From NCBI GenBank assembly GCA_031386545.1, contig JANNCK010000034.1:1-46934 (forward strand): a stretch of 46,934 bases of DNA. The letters run 5' to 3'. The notes beneath the pieces are model-generated. The model was not told the DNA's origin. It searched no databases and saw nothing but the letters and a program-made list of their open reading frames with translations. A program made the translations under genes and the position numbers. Numbering within the stretch: position 1 is the first letter of the stretch; every line of letters starts with the position of its first letter. Source of the stretch: Sphingomonadales bacterium. Lineage in GTDB: Bacteria > Pseudomonadota > Alphaproteobacteria > Sphingomonadales > Sphingomonadaceae. Of this stretch, positions 1-12,101 are shown piece after piece.

Positions 1-2514
1 GGCCTTCACCTCTTCGACCAGTGTTGAGAACAGCGGCAGGTCGTCCAGCCCCGCTGCCAGCCCGCCGGTCTTGGCGCGACCGGCCTCCAGTTTCGCCAGC
101 ACCGATTTCGCGCGCGCCAACACGGCGGGGGACATGCCCGCCAGACGTGCCACCGCGATGCCGTAGCTGCGGTCGGCGGGGCCGCTCGCGAGTTCGTGGA
201 GCAACACGAGGTCGCCCTTATATTCGCGGGCGCGGACGTGGTGGAGAGACAGGGCCGACAGCTTTTCGGCGAGGCGGGTGAGTTCGTGATAGTGCGTCGC
301 GAACAGGCAGCGGCATTGGTTGACCTCGTGCACCGCCTCGACCACCGCCCAGGCAATGGCGAGGCCGTCATAGGTGCTGGTGCCGCGTCCCACTTCGTCG
401 AGAATCACGAAGCTGCGCTCGGTGGCTTGCGCCAGAATCGCCGCCGTCTCGACCATTTCGACCATGAAGGTCGAGCGCCCCCGCGCCAGATTGTCCGACG
501 CGCCGACGCGGCTGAACAGGCGGTCGACGAGGCCGAGGGTGGCGCGCTTGGCGGGCACGAAGCACCCCGCCTGCGCCATCACGGCGATCAGCGCGTTCTG
601 GCGCAGGAAGGTCGATTTGCCGCCCATATTGGGGCCGGTGACGAGCCACAGGCGGTCGGCCCCTGATTCTTTGGTGGCGTCGAGCGCGCAATCATTGGCA
701 ACGAAGCGCCCACCGGACTTGGCGACCGCCGCCTCGACCACCGGATGCCGCCCGCCCGCGACGTCGAAACACGGGTGATCGACGACATGCGGGCGACACC
801 AGTCGCACTCGACAGCGGCCTGCGCGTTGGCGCTGGCGACGTCCAGGCGCGCCAGTGCCTCCGCCGTCGCCGAAATCGTCCGCGCCGAGGCCAGCGCCAA
901 CGCCGTCAATTCCTCGAAATGCGCGGCTTCGGCGGCCAGCGCATGGCTGCCCGCTTGGGTTACGCGCATCGCGACTTCGTGGAGTTCGGGGGCGTTGAAG
1001 CGCACCACACCGGCAAGCGTCTGGCGGTGGGTGAAACCCGAGGCGGCGTCCATCAGCGGATCGGCGGCGCGCGCCGGCACCTCGACATGATAGCCGAGCA
1101 CGCCATTGTGGCGGATCTTGAGCGTCGCGATGCCGGTGCGGTCGCGGAAAGCAAGTTCGAGCGCGGCAATCTCGCGCCGTCCCATCCCGCCCGCATCGCG
1201 CAAATCGTCGAGTGCGGCATCGTAGCCCGCGGCGATATAGCCGCCGTTGGCCGCATCGACCGGCGGTTCGGTGACCAGCGCACGGGTGAGCCGGTCAATC
1301 AGGGCGCCATGACCTGCCAGCGCGGGCAGCAGGTCGCGCAGCAGACGCGGGACTTCGGCACGGTCGAGCCGTTCGCGCAATTCCCATGCGCGGGCGAGGC
1401 CGTCGCGCAAACTGCCCAAGTCGCGCGGGCTGCCCCGTCCTGCCGACAGTCGGGCCAGCGCCCGCGCCACATCGGGGATAGCCCGCAACGTCGCACGCAA
1501 TTCCTCGCGCCCGATGCCGTCGTCGGCCCAATGCGCGACCAGATCGAGCCGCGCGTCGATGGCGGCACGGTCGGTGAGCGGCGCGGACAGGTCGCTGGCA
1601 AGCATTCGCGCGCCTGCCCCTGTTACCGTGCGGTCGATGGTGTCGAGCAAGCTGCCCTTGCGCCCGCCGCCCGTCGCTTGGGTCAGCTCCAGGCTTTCGC
1701 GAGTCGCGGCGTCAATAGCCATATGCTCGGCGGTGGTGCGACGCACGGGCGCGCCGAGGAAGGGCAGCGTCCCCTTACCAGCATGGTCGAGATAGGCGAG
1801 CAGGCCACCCGCCGCCGCCAGTTCCGCCCGCGTGAACGCACCAAAGCCGTCGAGGGTGGCGACATCGTGAAGCGCGCTTAGGCGAGCTTCGCCTCTGGCC
1901 GAATCGAAATCAGCAGCGGGGCGCTCGATTCCGCTAATGCCCGCTTGGGGCTGGACAATGATTTCCGAAGGCGACAATCGCGCAAGTTCTGCATCTAGGG
2001 CATCGGAGCCAATTTCGCCGACCTCGAATGCCCCCGTCGAAACATCAGCAGCAGCAAAGGCCCGGATGCCACCGGTCCGCGCGACGGCGACCAGCCAATT
2101 ACTCGCCTTTGCGTCAAGGAGCACATCTTCGGTCAGCGTCCCTGCGGTGACGACGCGCACGATCGCGCGGTTGACGATCGACTTGCCGCCGCCGTTTTTG
2201 GCGCGCGCCTTTGCCTCTGCCGGGCTTTCGATCTGCTCGGCGATCGCGACACGGAATCCACCCCGGATCAGCCGCGCCAGATAGGCATCCGCCGCATGGA
2301 CCGGTACACCGCACATCGGCACTTTCTCGCCGTCATGTTCACCGCGCGAGGTCAGCGCAATATCAAGACACGCCGCCGCCGCGCGGGCGTCGTCGAAGAA
2401 CAATTCGAAAAAATCACCCATCCGGTAAAACAACAGGCAATCGGGCGCTTCGGCCTTCAGCGTGTGATATTGCGCCATCATAGGCGTCGGGGGCGGATTC
2501 GGCGGATTGGTCAC
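1..2514 (-). CDS. mutS: DNA mismatch repair protein MutS (3' end runs off the window)
   Basis: Absent from the ORF track because there is no stop in the window. Manual minus-strand translation gives TPMMAQYHTLK..LFYRMGDFFELFFDDA, Walker A TGPNMGGKSTFLRQ, DEVGRGTSTYDG and the clamp-binding-like DDLPLF near the edge. GTG start at 2514 is tentative. Confidence 0.97.
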   Translation of the reverse strand, partial: MTNPPNPPPTPMMAQYHTLKAEAPDCLLFYRMGDFFELFFDDARAAAACLDIALTSRGEHDGEKVPMCGVPVHAADAYLARLIRGGFRVAIAEQIESPAEAKARAKNGGGKSIVNRAIVRVVTAGTLTEDVLLDAKASNWLVAVARTGGIRAFAAADVSTGAFEVGEIGSDALDAELARLSPSEIIVQPQAGISGIERPAADFDSARGEARLSALHDVATLDGFGAFTRAELAAAGGLLAYLDHAGKGTLPFLGAPVRRTTAEHMAIDAATRESLELTQATGGGRKGSLLDTIDRTVTGAGARMLASDLSAPLTDRAAIDARLDLVAHWADDGIGREELRATLRAIPDVARALARLSAGRGSPRDLGSLRDGLARAWELRERLDRAEVPRLLRDLLPALAGHGALIDRLTRALVTEPPVDAANGGYIAAGYDAALDDLRDAGGMGRREIAALELAFRDRTGIATLKIRHNGVLGYHVEVPARAADPLMDAASGFTHRQTLAGVVRFNAPELHEVAMRVTQAGSHALAAEAAHFEELTALALASARTISATAEALARLDVASANAQAAVECDWCRPHVVDHPCFDVAGGRHPVVEAAVAKSGGRFVANDCALDATKESGADRLWLVTGPNMGGKSTFLRQNALIAVMAQAGCFVPAKRATLGLVDRLFSRVGASDNLARGRSTFMVEMVETAAILAQATERSFVILDEVGRGTSTYDGLAIAWAVVEAVHEVNQCRCLFATHYHELTRLAEKLSALSLHHVRAREYKGDLVLLHELASGPADRSYGIAVARLAGMSPAVLARAKSVLAKLEAGRAKTGGLAAGLDDLPLFSTLVEEVKA

Positions 2515-2602
2515 TTCTTTTGCATACACGCCCGGCAAAGTGGCGAAAGTGGCATTCCCCCAATCACGCGGATAACGTAGGGGAAGCCCAGAGGGGAAAT
2601 CG

Positions 2603-4867
<2,265 letters not shown>

Positions 4868-4870
4868 GCC

Positions 4871-5347
4871 TTAATTCCCGTCAGGGTTATCCGTCGTCCC
4901 ACCACCGCGGCCGACCGAGCCAACTTGACCGATATTGCCAAAGACTTCCTGAAAGAAGCTGCGGTCGCGGCCCAGCGTCGGCGTCTTGTCCCTAACCGGA
5001 CGGATCATCGCAACCTTTTCGAGCCCCGCTGACTCAACCGATGTGACGTTGCCGCCGCCGTCGAAACGGACATGCAGAATCGTCTGTCCCGACGCGCGCG
5101 GGATTTTGAACGCCAGCTGCTTGGTGTCGCGTGACACATAATACCAGTCATTCGCGTCGAACTGGCCAATGAAGCTGGGGCGACCGAGCGTACCCTGCAC
5201 GGACGCTTTATTGTCGACGCCCGGCCGTACCGTAGCGGCAAGCTGCTGGTCGAGGATAAAGCCCTGATGCCCCGGCACTCGCGCGCATCCCGCAGTCAGG
5301 GTGATCGCAGCAATCGAAACAAGCGTTAGCGTGCGCCATACGGCCAT
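4871..5347 (-). CDS. bamE: Outer membrane protein assembly factor BamE (SmpA/OmlA lipoprotein)
   Basis: Lipobox LTAGC; LGRPSF..WYYVS motif; divergent from the Cbp3-like/DUF177 pair. Confidence 0.9.
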   Translation of the reverse strand: MAVWRTLTLVSIAAITLTAGCARVPGHQGFILDQQLAATVRPGVDNKASVQGTLGRPSFIGQFDANDWYYVSRDTKQLAFKIPRASGQTILHVRFDGGGNVTSVESAGLEKVAMIRPVRDKTPTLGRDRSFFQEVFGNIGQVGSVGRGGGTTDNPDGN

Positions 5348-5413
5348 GGGAAATACTCTTCAAACGTCGGCGCACGGTTTTGCGACATTGCAACCGCGCG
5401 GTCGCACCGCAAT

Positions 5414-5938
5414 ATGCCAAACATGACAGCAACAGCAAGCAAAGAGCGGAAGGCGGGGTTTCTGGCCCGGCTGTTCGGCAAACGCGACCTTGATTTAGGC
5501 GCACTTTATGCCGCCGTGGTGGCCGAGGCGCGCTTGCCGCACTGGTATGCACGCTACGGCGTTCCTGACACAGTCGACGGGCGATTCGATATGGTGTCGC
5601 TCGTTCTCGCGCTCGTCCTGTTGCGGCTGGAGCACGAAGGGCGCGAGGTCGAGGCCGTGCGGCTGACCGAACATTTCATCACCGACATGGACGGGCAAAT
5701 CCGCGAAATTGGCTTCGGTGACCTGGTTGTCGGCAAGCAGGTCGGCGGGATTCTGGCTGTCGTCGGCGGACGCCTTGGTGCCTATCGCACCGGAATCGAT
5801 GTCGCGACGCTGGGCCGGACATTGTGGCGGGGGCAAACGCCCGAGAATGCCGATGCCGCCTTGGCGCAAATAACCGCCCTGCGCGACCGGATCGATTCGG
5901 TCGCGCTTGAGGCCCTGCTTTTCGGGACACTCGGATGA
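5414..5938 (+). CDS. Ubiquinol-cytochrome c chaperone (Cbp3 family)
   Basis: GVPDTVDGRFDM and DMDGQIREIGFGDLVVGK motifs. Confidence 0.9.
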   Translation: MPNMTATASKERKAGFLARLFGKRDLDLGALYAAVVAEARLPHWYARYGVPDTVDGRFDMVSLVLALVLLRLEHEGREVEAVRLTEHFITDMDGQIREIGFGDLVVGKQVGGILAVVGGRLGAYRTGIDVATLGRTLWRGQTPENADAALAQITALRDRIDSVALEALLFGTLG

Positions 5939-6450
5939 CGCCCGAGTTCAGCCGCCGCTACACCCTCGACGCGATTGGTTCGACGCCGCGCAAGGTCAGC
6001 ATCGAGGCCACAACTGAAGAGTGCGCCGCCGTGGCCGCCCGGTTCGACCTTGTCACGCTCAACATCTTGAGCGCGCGCGCAACGCTCACCGCGAGCGCGC
6101 TGGGCATCGAAGCATCCGGCCGCCTGACCGGTGACGTTGTTCAACGCTGTGTCGTCACCGGCGACCCCGTCGCGACGCATATCGCAGAGCCGTTTACCCT
6201 GCGCTTCGTCGATCCCGCGCTGTTGGTCAGCGATACCGACGAAATCGAGCTGAGCAACGACGACTGCGATCTGATCGAAATGGACAGCGGCGGCGTCGAT
6301 CTGGGCGAAGCGGTTGCGCAGACACTGGGCCTGGCACTTGATCCGTTTCCGCGCAGCGAAGCAGAGCGTGCACGCGAAACCGAGCGCAAATGGGTCGCCG
6401 GTGACGATGCCGGTCCCTTTGCGGGGCTGAAGGGGATGTTGGGATCTTGA
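5935..6450 (+). CDS. DUF177/YceD family protein
   Basis: QRCVVTGDPV and DLGEAVAQTLGLALDPFPR, C-terminal GPFAGLK; ATGA overlap with the upstream gene. Confidence 0.9.
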   Translation: MTPEFSRRYTLDAIGSTPRKVSIEATTEECAAVAARFDLVTLNILSARATLTASALGIEASGRLTGDVVQRCVVTGDPVATHIAEPFTLRFVDPALLVSDTDEIELSNDDCDLIEMDSGGVDLGEAVAQTLGLALDPFPRSEAERARETERKWVAGDDAGPFAGLKGMLGS

Positions 6451-6575
6451 GCGACCCTGTGCACGGCATCCATGCAAGCCATAGTCATGCGGTTAATCGG
6501 CGGATTGTTATTTGAAGGTGTGAGCGCACTGCCCGTTTGGGTACTGACAAGCGGGCTTGCGCTGGCTGCTAGGCA

Positions 6576-7583
6576 CTAGCGCTCCCCCTTATCCCCCTTA
6601 AGGACGTCGACGCAGCCCGACACCGCCAAGATCGCGTCAAGGGTATCATTGCGCGTGGCAGCATAGCGAGAGCGTAGCGCAGCGAGGGACTTGGCGTGGT
6701 ATTTTTGCGGCGGCTGCGTATAGTCTTGTCCGGCAAGTTCTACCGTAAAGGCATCGGCACCGGCCATGACCGCAGCTGCATTAGCCTTGGACCAAGGCAG
6801 AAAATATTTGCCAATATAGGCCAGCAGCGGTGTCAGTGTTGGCTCCAGCGCCGCCCATTCTTCAAACGGGCCGTCGAGGCGGGGTTCGAGCATGCGGTGG
6901 CACCAGTCGAGCACCACCGGCCCGCGCGCCCGCATGATTGCACCGCAGGTGGGATCGACCGAGGCTTCGTAGAGTTGAGCGGACAGGCCGAAGTCACCGA
7001 ACGAAGGGCGCGCACCCAACAGATATTTCCGGGTGGCCAGATGGGGGTTTAGGATATCGATTAGCTTGAGGTAGTAATCGGTGATGAGCGGGGCAGTCGC
7101 CTCGCTCGATCCCACAAAATGTCCCCGGCCTGCCATTCGCAGCAGCACGGATTTCGTCAGGTCAGCGATCACGGTTGAATCGGCTGACGGCGACGACAAA
7201 CGCGCCAGTGTCTGCGCTGAAGCCAATCGATCGACCTCGGCATACCAGCGGTGGTGAAACATGAGCTTGTTGCCCCATTCATCACCGAACTCCTCGATAA
7301 GCGCCGAGATGAAGCCCAGCACCGGACCTTCCGGATGAATCGCTGGTTCCGCGAATTCGGCTTCCAGCGTCTCAATGATCGGGGTCGAGTCTTGCAGACC
7401 TGTCCCTTCGGGAGTTGCTACTGTTGGCACGATCAGAAGCCGGGCAAATTTGCGATACTCGGCGTCATTTTCGGCCCGATGGGCTATCCACTGGTGCGCT
7501 AGACCCTTGTATCGGAAATAGGACCGTACCTTGACCGAATAGGGCGACATTTCGGAGCCGAATATCACATAGTTTTTGGCCAC
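6576..7583 (-). CDS. Glutathione S-transferase family protein (long, ~335 aa type)
   Basis: N-terminal SPYSVKVRSYFRYKG, cis-Pro VP, QDSTPII, C-domain YLLGARPSFGDFGL. Confidence 0.85.
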   Translation of the reverse strand: MAKNYVIFGSEMSPYSVKVRSYFRYKGLAHQWIAHRAENDAEYRKFARLLIVPTVATPEGTGLQDSTPIIETLEAEFAEPAIHPEGPVLGFISALIEEFGDEWGNKLMFHHRWYAEVDRLASAQTLARLSSPSADSTVIADLTKSVLLRMAGRGHFVGSSEATAPLITDYYLKLIDILNPHLATRKYLLGARPSFGDFGLSAQLYEASVDPTCGAIMRARGPVVLDWCHRMLEPRLDGPFEEWAALEPTLTPLLAYIGKYFLPWSKANAAAVMAGADAFTVELAGQDYTQPPQKYHAKSLAALRSRYAATRNDTLDAILAVSGCVDVLKGDKGER

Positions 7584-7750
7584 TGCGCGCCTCCTGCTTT
7601 GGCGAAACTTGGTTACATCTTGTTCAGCCGCTGGGCATAATTGTCTTTAACGTAAGTTTTGCAGGTAGCGCGACGACACGGCAGTGGCCGTCGCTGAAGG
7701 CCCCCATCACGGGCATTCGCATTTTGTCGAAGCCCGCCACCAACTTTCGA

Positions 7751-8908
7751 TCAAGCACCAACCGAACTTCGTTCTGGATCGATCAATATTTTGGCGTGTC
7801 GCTCCGGATCGCCTAAATCTGCAAACGCGCCATCGACACCGTCTAGCCCAACAACGCCGGTTATTATCGGCGCGCATTTGACCTTGCCCTCGGCGATCAT
7901 GTGCAGCGCGTCGCGATATTCGAGTGGCGATTGGCCGAAGACGAAGCGCAGCTCGACTTCTTTCTGGATCGCAATCGCCGGCTCGATCCGGTCGTCCTGC
8001 ATACAGACGCCGACCACTACGATCCGCGAAAATAACGGAGCCCCGTCGATGATCGCATTGATCACACCCGGTACGCCGACGCATTCGAACACGACCGGAC
8101 GTTTGGGGGCTTGACCAAGGGCTTCAGCCAAGCGCCATGCGGTCCACCATGGGACGGGGAGTTTCTCCAGCGCCTCACGCGTATCCACAGCCAGTTCGAG
8201 CAGGCCGCCGAAGGTGGTCACCCAACCAAACTCCTCCCAGTTTGCATAAGGCGAACTTTCGCGCGGATCAATCACGACATCAGCTCCGCAGGCCGTGGCC
8301 AGCGCGCGGCGGCCAGGTGAGAAATCGCTGGCGATCACTGTGCCAACTCCGCGTGCCTTGAGGATCGCGATGACGCCTAGGCCAACAGGCCCGCAGCCAA
8401 CCACGACCGCAACGTCCTTGTTCTTCACTTCGGAACGGCGCACCGCGTGCCAAGCGACCGCCATCGGTTCGGTCAAGGCCGCCATATCGGCTGAAAGACC
8501 ATTCGGTACTGGCATTAGCACCAGTTCGTCGAGCAACATCATTTCGGCATAACCGCCATTCGACCGGGCCGAGAGCCCCGCCAAATCAATCTCTTTACCC
8601 CAGCGCACGAGTGGAGGTGCGACTACGCGGGTGCCACGCTTCAGCTTGCGCTTGGTGCCCGGGCCATAATCGAGAACTTCGCCGCAAATCTCATGCCCGA
8701 AAATAAAGGCATCGCTGGCCTTGGGCAAAGCGGGATAACCCAGCCGGTCGTTGACCGCCTTCATCGCATCGCAATGACGCCGCATGTGAAGGTCCGACCC
8801 GCAAATCCCGCAGCGCAGGACTTTGATCAGTGCGTGACCATGTTGCGGTACCGGATCAAGAACGTGTTCAACCCGCAGTTCCGAATTTTGGCAAATGACG
8901 GCTTTCAT
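7751..8908 (-). CDS. Zinc-dependent medium-chain alcohol dehydrogenase
   Basis: CGICGSDLH and GHE catalytic Zn ligands; GCGPVG Rossmann motif; structural-Zn four-Cys lobe absent. Confidence 0.9.
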   Translation of the reverse strand: MKAVICQNSELRVEHVLDPVPQHGHALIKVLRCGICGSDLHMRRHCDAMKAVNDRLGYPALPKASDAFIFGHEICGEVLDYGPGTKRKLKRGTRVVAPPLVRWGKEIDLAGLSARSNGGYAEMMLLDELVLMPVPNGLSADMAALTEPMAVAWHAVRRSEVKNKDVAVVVGCGPVGLGVIAILKARGVGTVIASDFSPGRRALATACGADVVIDPRESSPYANWEEFGWVTTFGGLLELAVDTREALEKLPVPWWTAWRLAEALGQAPKRPVVFECVGVPGVINAIIDGAPLFSRIVVVGVCMQDDRIEPAIAIQKEVELRFVFGQSPLEYRDALHMIAEGKVKCAPIITGVVGLDGVDGAFADLGDPERHAKILIDPERSSVGA

Positions 8909-9570
8909 GGGCGCGCACTCCGCAGGGCCCTGATGAGGGCAATGAACAGGAACATTACAACCGCCCCCGCCAGCGCCAGAAAACGGAAATCTGGCACGAC
9001 CAGCTCGCGCTTCACGGGGACAAGCGCCATGTGCATGGCATAGGACTTGAAATCGGCTTTTTTCAAATATTCCGGGTCAGTCAGAAGCTCGAAGAAGTGG
9101 CGACGGCTGGGGTAATGGACCACCAAGATTCGGGTCCAATTGTCTTCCGCTGCATCAAGGCCACCGATCACGTTGACCTCCTCAACTTTGCCCGAAAAAA
9201 TGGGAAAAGCTCCGCTTTTCATCAGGATCGGTATGGCATTGTCCTCGTAAATGATATTGGCTTCCTCAGGCGTTCCCTTAAAGCTTCCAGCCGCGGCAGG
9301 CCCCGCTGCCATCCGGTCATTGTTGCGCAGCAGGTTGAGCATGTAGACATCTCGCCCGTCGTCGTTTTTGGCAAAAGCGCGCAGACGCGACATTGTGGCG
9401 GGCTTGTCCATCCCACCCGGCATAGGAAATTTCGCCTCAATCACGGCCATATAGCGATCAGTTTCTGCGTTGCTCAGCGGGGCATTCGGCTCCTGCTTGT
9501 GCCAGACCCAGGCAACGAATAACGCTAACACAACGATGAGAATGAGTTCGAAACGGAAGCGTCTGATCAT
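8905..9570 (-). CDS. Membrane-anchored DUF1330-like protein
   Basis: YMLNLLR and W..ILVVHYPSRRHFFELLTDPEY resemble DUF1330; hydrophobic N- and C-terminal helices. Start set at ATG 9570 (ATGA overlap with upstream stop). Confidence 0.6.
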   Translation of the reverse strand: MIRRFRFELILIVVLALFVAWVWHKQEPNAPLSNAETDRYMAVIEAKFPMPGGMDKPATMSRLRAFAKNDDGRDVYMLNLLRNNDRMAAGPAAAGSFKGTPEEANIIYEDNAIPILMKSGAFPIFSGKVEEVNVIGGLDAAEDNWTRILVVHYPSRRHFFELLTDPEYLKKADFKSYAMHMALVPVKRELVVPDFRFLALAGAVVMFLFIALIRALRSARP

Positions 9571-10403
9571 TTCATGGGATCCTTGAAGAAATCGAGCAGC
9601 AGCGCGTTGACCTGTTCTGGGGTGTCCACTTGCAGCCAATGGCTTGCACCCGAGACCAGTTCGAAACGAAAGGCCCCCTCCACATATTCGGCGCTCGAAC
9701 GCATTTGTGCTTCGACAAGATAGCGGTCACCGTCGCTGAAGACGCCCATAACCGGAACCCGCACTTTACGTGCGTCTGGCCGGAGGAGCGGGCCGAGGTT
9801 GGCGCGGTAATAATTAATCGCCGCTGTCAGACGCCCCGGTCGCCCCAGATTGGCAATCCAGTGGGTTGTTTCCACCGGATGGGCCGCAAATTTGCGGAAA
9901 ACAGCCCAGTTGCCCGCCTTGAGAAGCCATTCAGCAAAGCCGCGCAGCTGGAACATCAGCACATACCAACCCTTGAGCTTCTGCTCGAGCGGTGCGCGGG
10001 CATAAGCCGCAGGATGCCCGACCGAAAGCGCGGCATAGCGCTCAATTCGTTCCGAGTGGGTTATACAGAACTGCCAACAGATGACCGATCCCCAGTCATG
10101 CCCGACAAGCTTGACTGTGGGGATTTCAAGCGCATCGATAATTCCCACTAGGTCCGACACAAGGATGGACAGGGCATAGTCGCGTGTACTCGACGCCATG
10201 TCACTCTGCTCGCAGCCACGCATATCTGGCGCAATCACGCGGTAGCCTGCGGCCACCAGCGCGGGGATCTGCTTGCGCCAAACGATGTGGTCGTCGGGAA
10301 AGCCGTGAACCAGCAGCACCGGATCGCCTTCGCCTTCATCAATGACGTTGAAAGTAAGGCCGTTGATATGGAGGCGGTGTTGCAGGCGCTTCAGGCTTGT
10401 CAT
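9567..10403 (-). CDS. Alpha/beta hydrolase, epoxide hydrolase-like
   Basis: HGFP oxyanion motif, GHDWG nucleophile Asp, YY lid tyrosines, C-terminal catalytic His (ASHWLQ). Confidence 0.88.
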   Translation of the reverse strand: MTSLKRLQHRLHINGLTFNVIDEGEGDPVLLVHGFPDDHIVWRKQIPALVAAGYRVIAPDMRGCEQSDMASSTRDYALSILVSDLVGIIDALEIPTVKLVGHDWGSVICWQFCITHSERIERYAALSVGHPAAYARAPLEQKLKGWYVLMFQLRGFAEWLLKAGNWAVFRKFAAHPVETTHWIANLGRPGRLTAAINYYRANLGPLLRPDARKVRVPVMGVFSDGDRYLVEAQMRSSAEYVEGAFRFELVSGASHWLQVDTPEQVNALLLDFFKDPMK

Positions 10404-11287
10404 GTGGCCGCACAGGCATCGATAGTGATTTCGGCGAATGTCGCAGGATCGTCTTCCTGAATGAAATGGCCGCCACTAAGTTCGAACGAGGGTTGATTCC
10501 GGGCCCCCGGAATCCGCTCCTTGAACTGTTGGTCGCCATCGCGCGTTATGGGATCACCATCGCTAAAGCAGCAGATGAATGGCTTGGTCCATTGCTCGAA
10601 AACCGCCCATGCGCGCTTCTGATCGGGAACCGCTGCGTCGTCGGGAGTCACAGGCACCAAAGATGGATAAACGCGGGCTGCGACCTTGAATTCCTCAGTC
10701 GGGAACGGCGCTTCATATGCGATCATCTCGGCTGCTGACAATTTGCGTTTGGTTCCCACCTGCACGATGCGTGCAATCGGGAACTAGGGGCTGAAGCGTG
10801 AGAAAGCTCGCCAGATGTTGAACGCCGTCGAGAATCTCGCGCCATCTGGTAATCCACCATTGGAAAGGATCACCTGCGCGAACCGATCTTGATTCTCGGC
10901 GGCTAGCCGGAGTCCGATCAATGACCCCCAGTCCTGACACACCAAGGTAATGTCGCGCAGGTCGAGCGCCTCAATCCATGAATTAATCCAACCGACCTGA
11001 GCGGCATAGCTATGGTCACTTTTCAGTGCCGGCTTGTCAGACTTGCCAAAGCCGATGAGATCGGGAGCCAGAACACGAAATCCAGCTGCGGCTACCGGTG
11101 GTATCATCTTGCGATACAGATAGGACCAAGTTGGTTCGCCATGCAGCATCACGACCGGTTTTGCGTCGCGTGGACCTTCATCGACATAGTGCAGACGCAA
11201 AGCAGGCATCACCTGATGATAACAGGGCGCAAAAGGGTCGTCCGGGAGGTTCGCGAACCGCTCCTCTGGTGTGCGCAATATTTTCAT
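10400..11287 (-). pseudogene. Haloalkane dehalogenase (HLD-I-like) interrupted by one in-frame TAG at 10784-10786
   Basis: ORFs 10784-11287 and 10400-10765 share a frame and read WRAFSRFSP*FPIARIVQVGT; LRTPEERF start, HGEPTW, CQDWG, FSDGDP, GHFIQED. Confidence 0.85.
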
Positions 11288-11314
11288 CGAGGCTCACTCC
11301 CCTTCACAGAATAA

Positions 11315-11929
11315 TCAATCAGCGCCCGCCATATATTCAGCAAAGTTCGGCAACGGCTTGATAAATGGTGCCAGCAATTCCGCGCACATCGCGGTGGTCA
11401 CAACATCGGCTGGGTCTAGTTTGGCGATCTCCGCCGCGGCTGGATCCGGTTCGTAGACGTCCTCGCCCAAAAGCCTGCATTGATCGTCATAGGGCCAGAT
11501 CATCTGAACGCCCTTCATTTTATAGAGGTAATAAGCGTCCGGGTCTTCGACCGTCAGACCGTTCGCGACCATCGCCTGACCGTGCAACTGCTGATAGGTT
11601 GTGGATACCGATGCAATGAAGTTGTCCGCCACGGCAACCTGTTCGGTCTCGATATAAAACACCGACTGACTCGATTCTGCCCACATGCCATAAAGACCCT
11701 TGACGGCCTGTGTCCCCGGCAGCGTCACGTTGGCACCGGCCAGTTGGAGACGGTAGGTCGGCGACTCTACCATCATATCGGGCGCAAAAATCTCTTCATA
11801 ACGTCCAGCGATCTCAAGAAAACGGTGACGATAATACGCCAACAGCATGAAGCGATGTCGCCGGTTAGTTGTTACCGCAAGCAAGCGGTCGATTGCAGCG
11901 TTGGTGCGCCTCACATCCAGTTTAGCCAT
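11315..11929 (-). CDS. Hypothetical protein, probable SnoaL/NTF2-like fold
   Basis: AAGGA RBS before ATG 11929; C-terminal MIWPYDDQCRLLGEDVY resembles the end of SnoaL-like domains; first gene of the accessory operon. Confidence 0.6.
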   Translation of the reverse strand: MAKLDVRRTNAAIDRLLAVTTNRRHRFMLLAYYRHRFLEIAGRYEEIFAPDMMVESPTYRLQLAGANVTLPGTQAVKGLYGMWAESSQSVFYIETEQVAVADNFIASVSTTYQQLHGQAMVANGLTVEDPDAYYLYKMKGVQMIWPYDDQCRLLGEDVYEPDPAAAEIAKLDPADVVTTAMCAELLAPFIKPLPNFAEYMAGAD

Positions 11930-11959
11930 GAACTGTCCTTTCATTCGAAATTTTCGGGA

Positions 11960-12064
11960 TTGGCAGAAATCTAATCGCCAAGCTCGCGTCGCTTCATCTG
12001 TATGCACCGTTCCCAACGTGAACTTGGCCCAATCCATCGGACAATAGTTGACTTTACGCGCCAA
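11960..12064. promoter_or_regulatory. Divergent promoter region with candidate AraC-family binding half-sites
   Basis: TTGGC-N12-GCCAA (11960-11981), TTGGC-N11-GACAA (12024-12044) and TTGAC-N7-GCCAA (12048-12064) between the operon and its divergent regulator. Confidence 0.3.
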
Positions 12065-12101
12065 AAACTATTCGCTCACTTTGAGAGCGGAGGGCCTCCA
12101 A

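Noticed and set aside
10784-10786. Pyrrolysine recoding of the amber codon
   Set aside because: No pyl genes in the window and no catalytic rationale at this position; point mutation or sequencing error is simpler.
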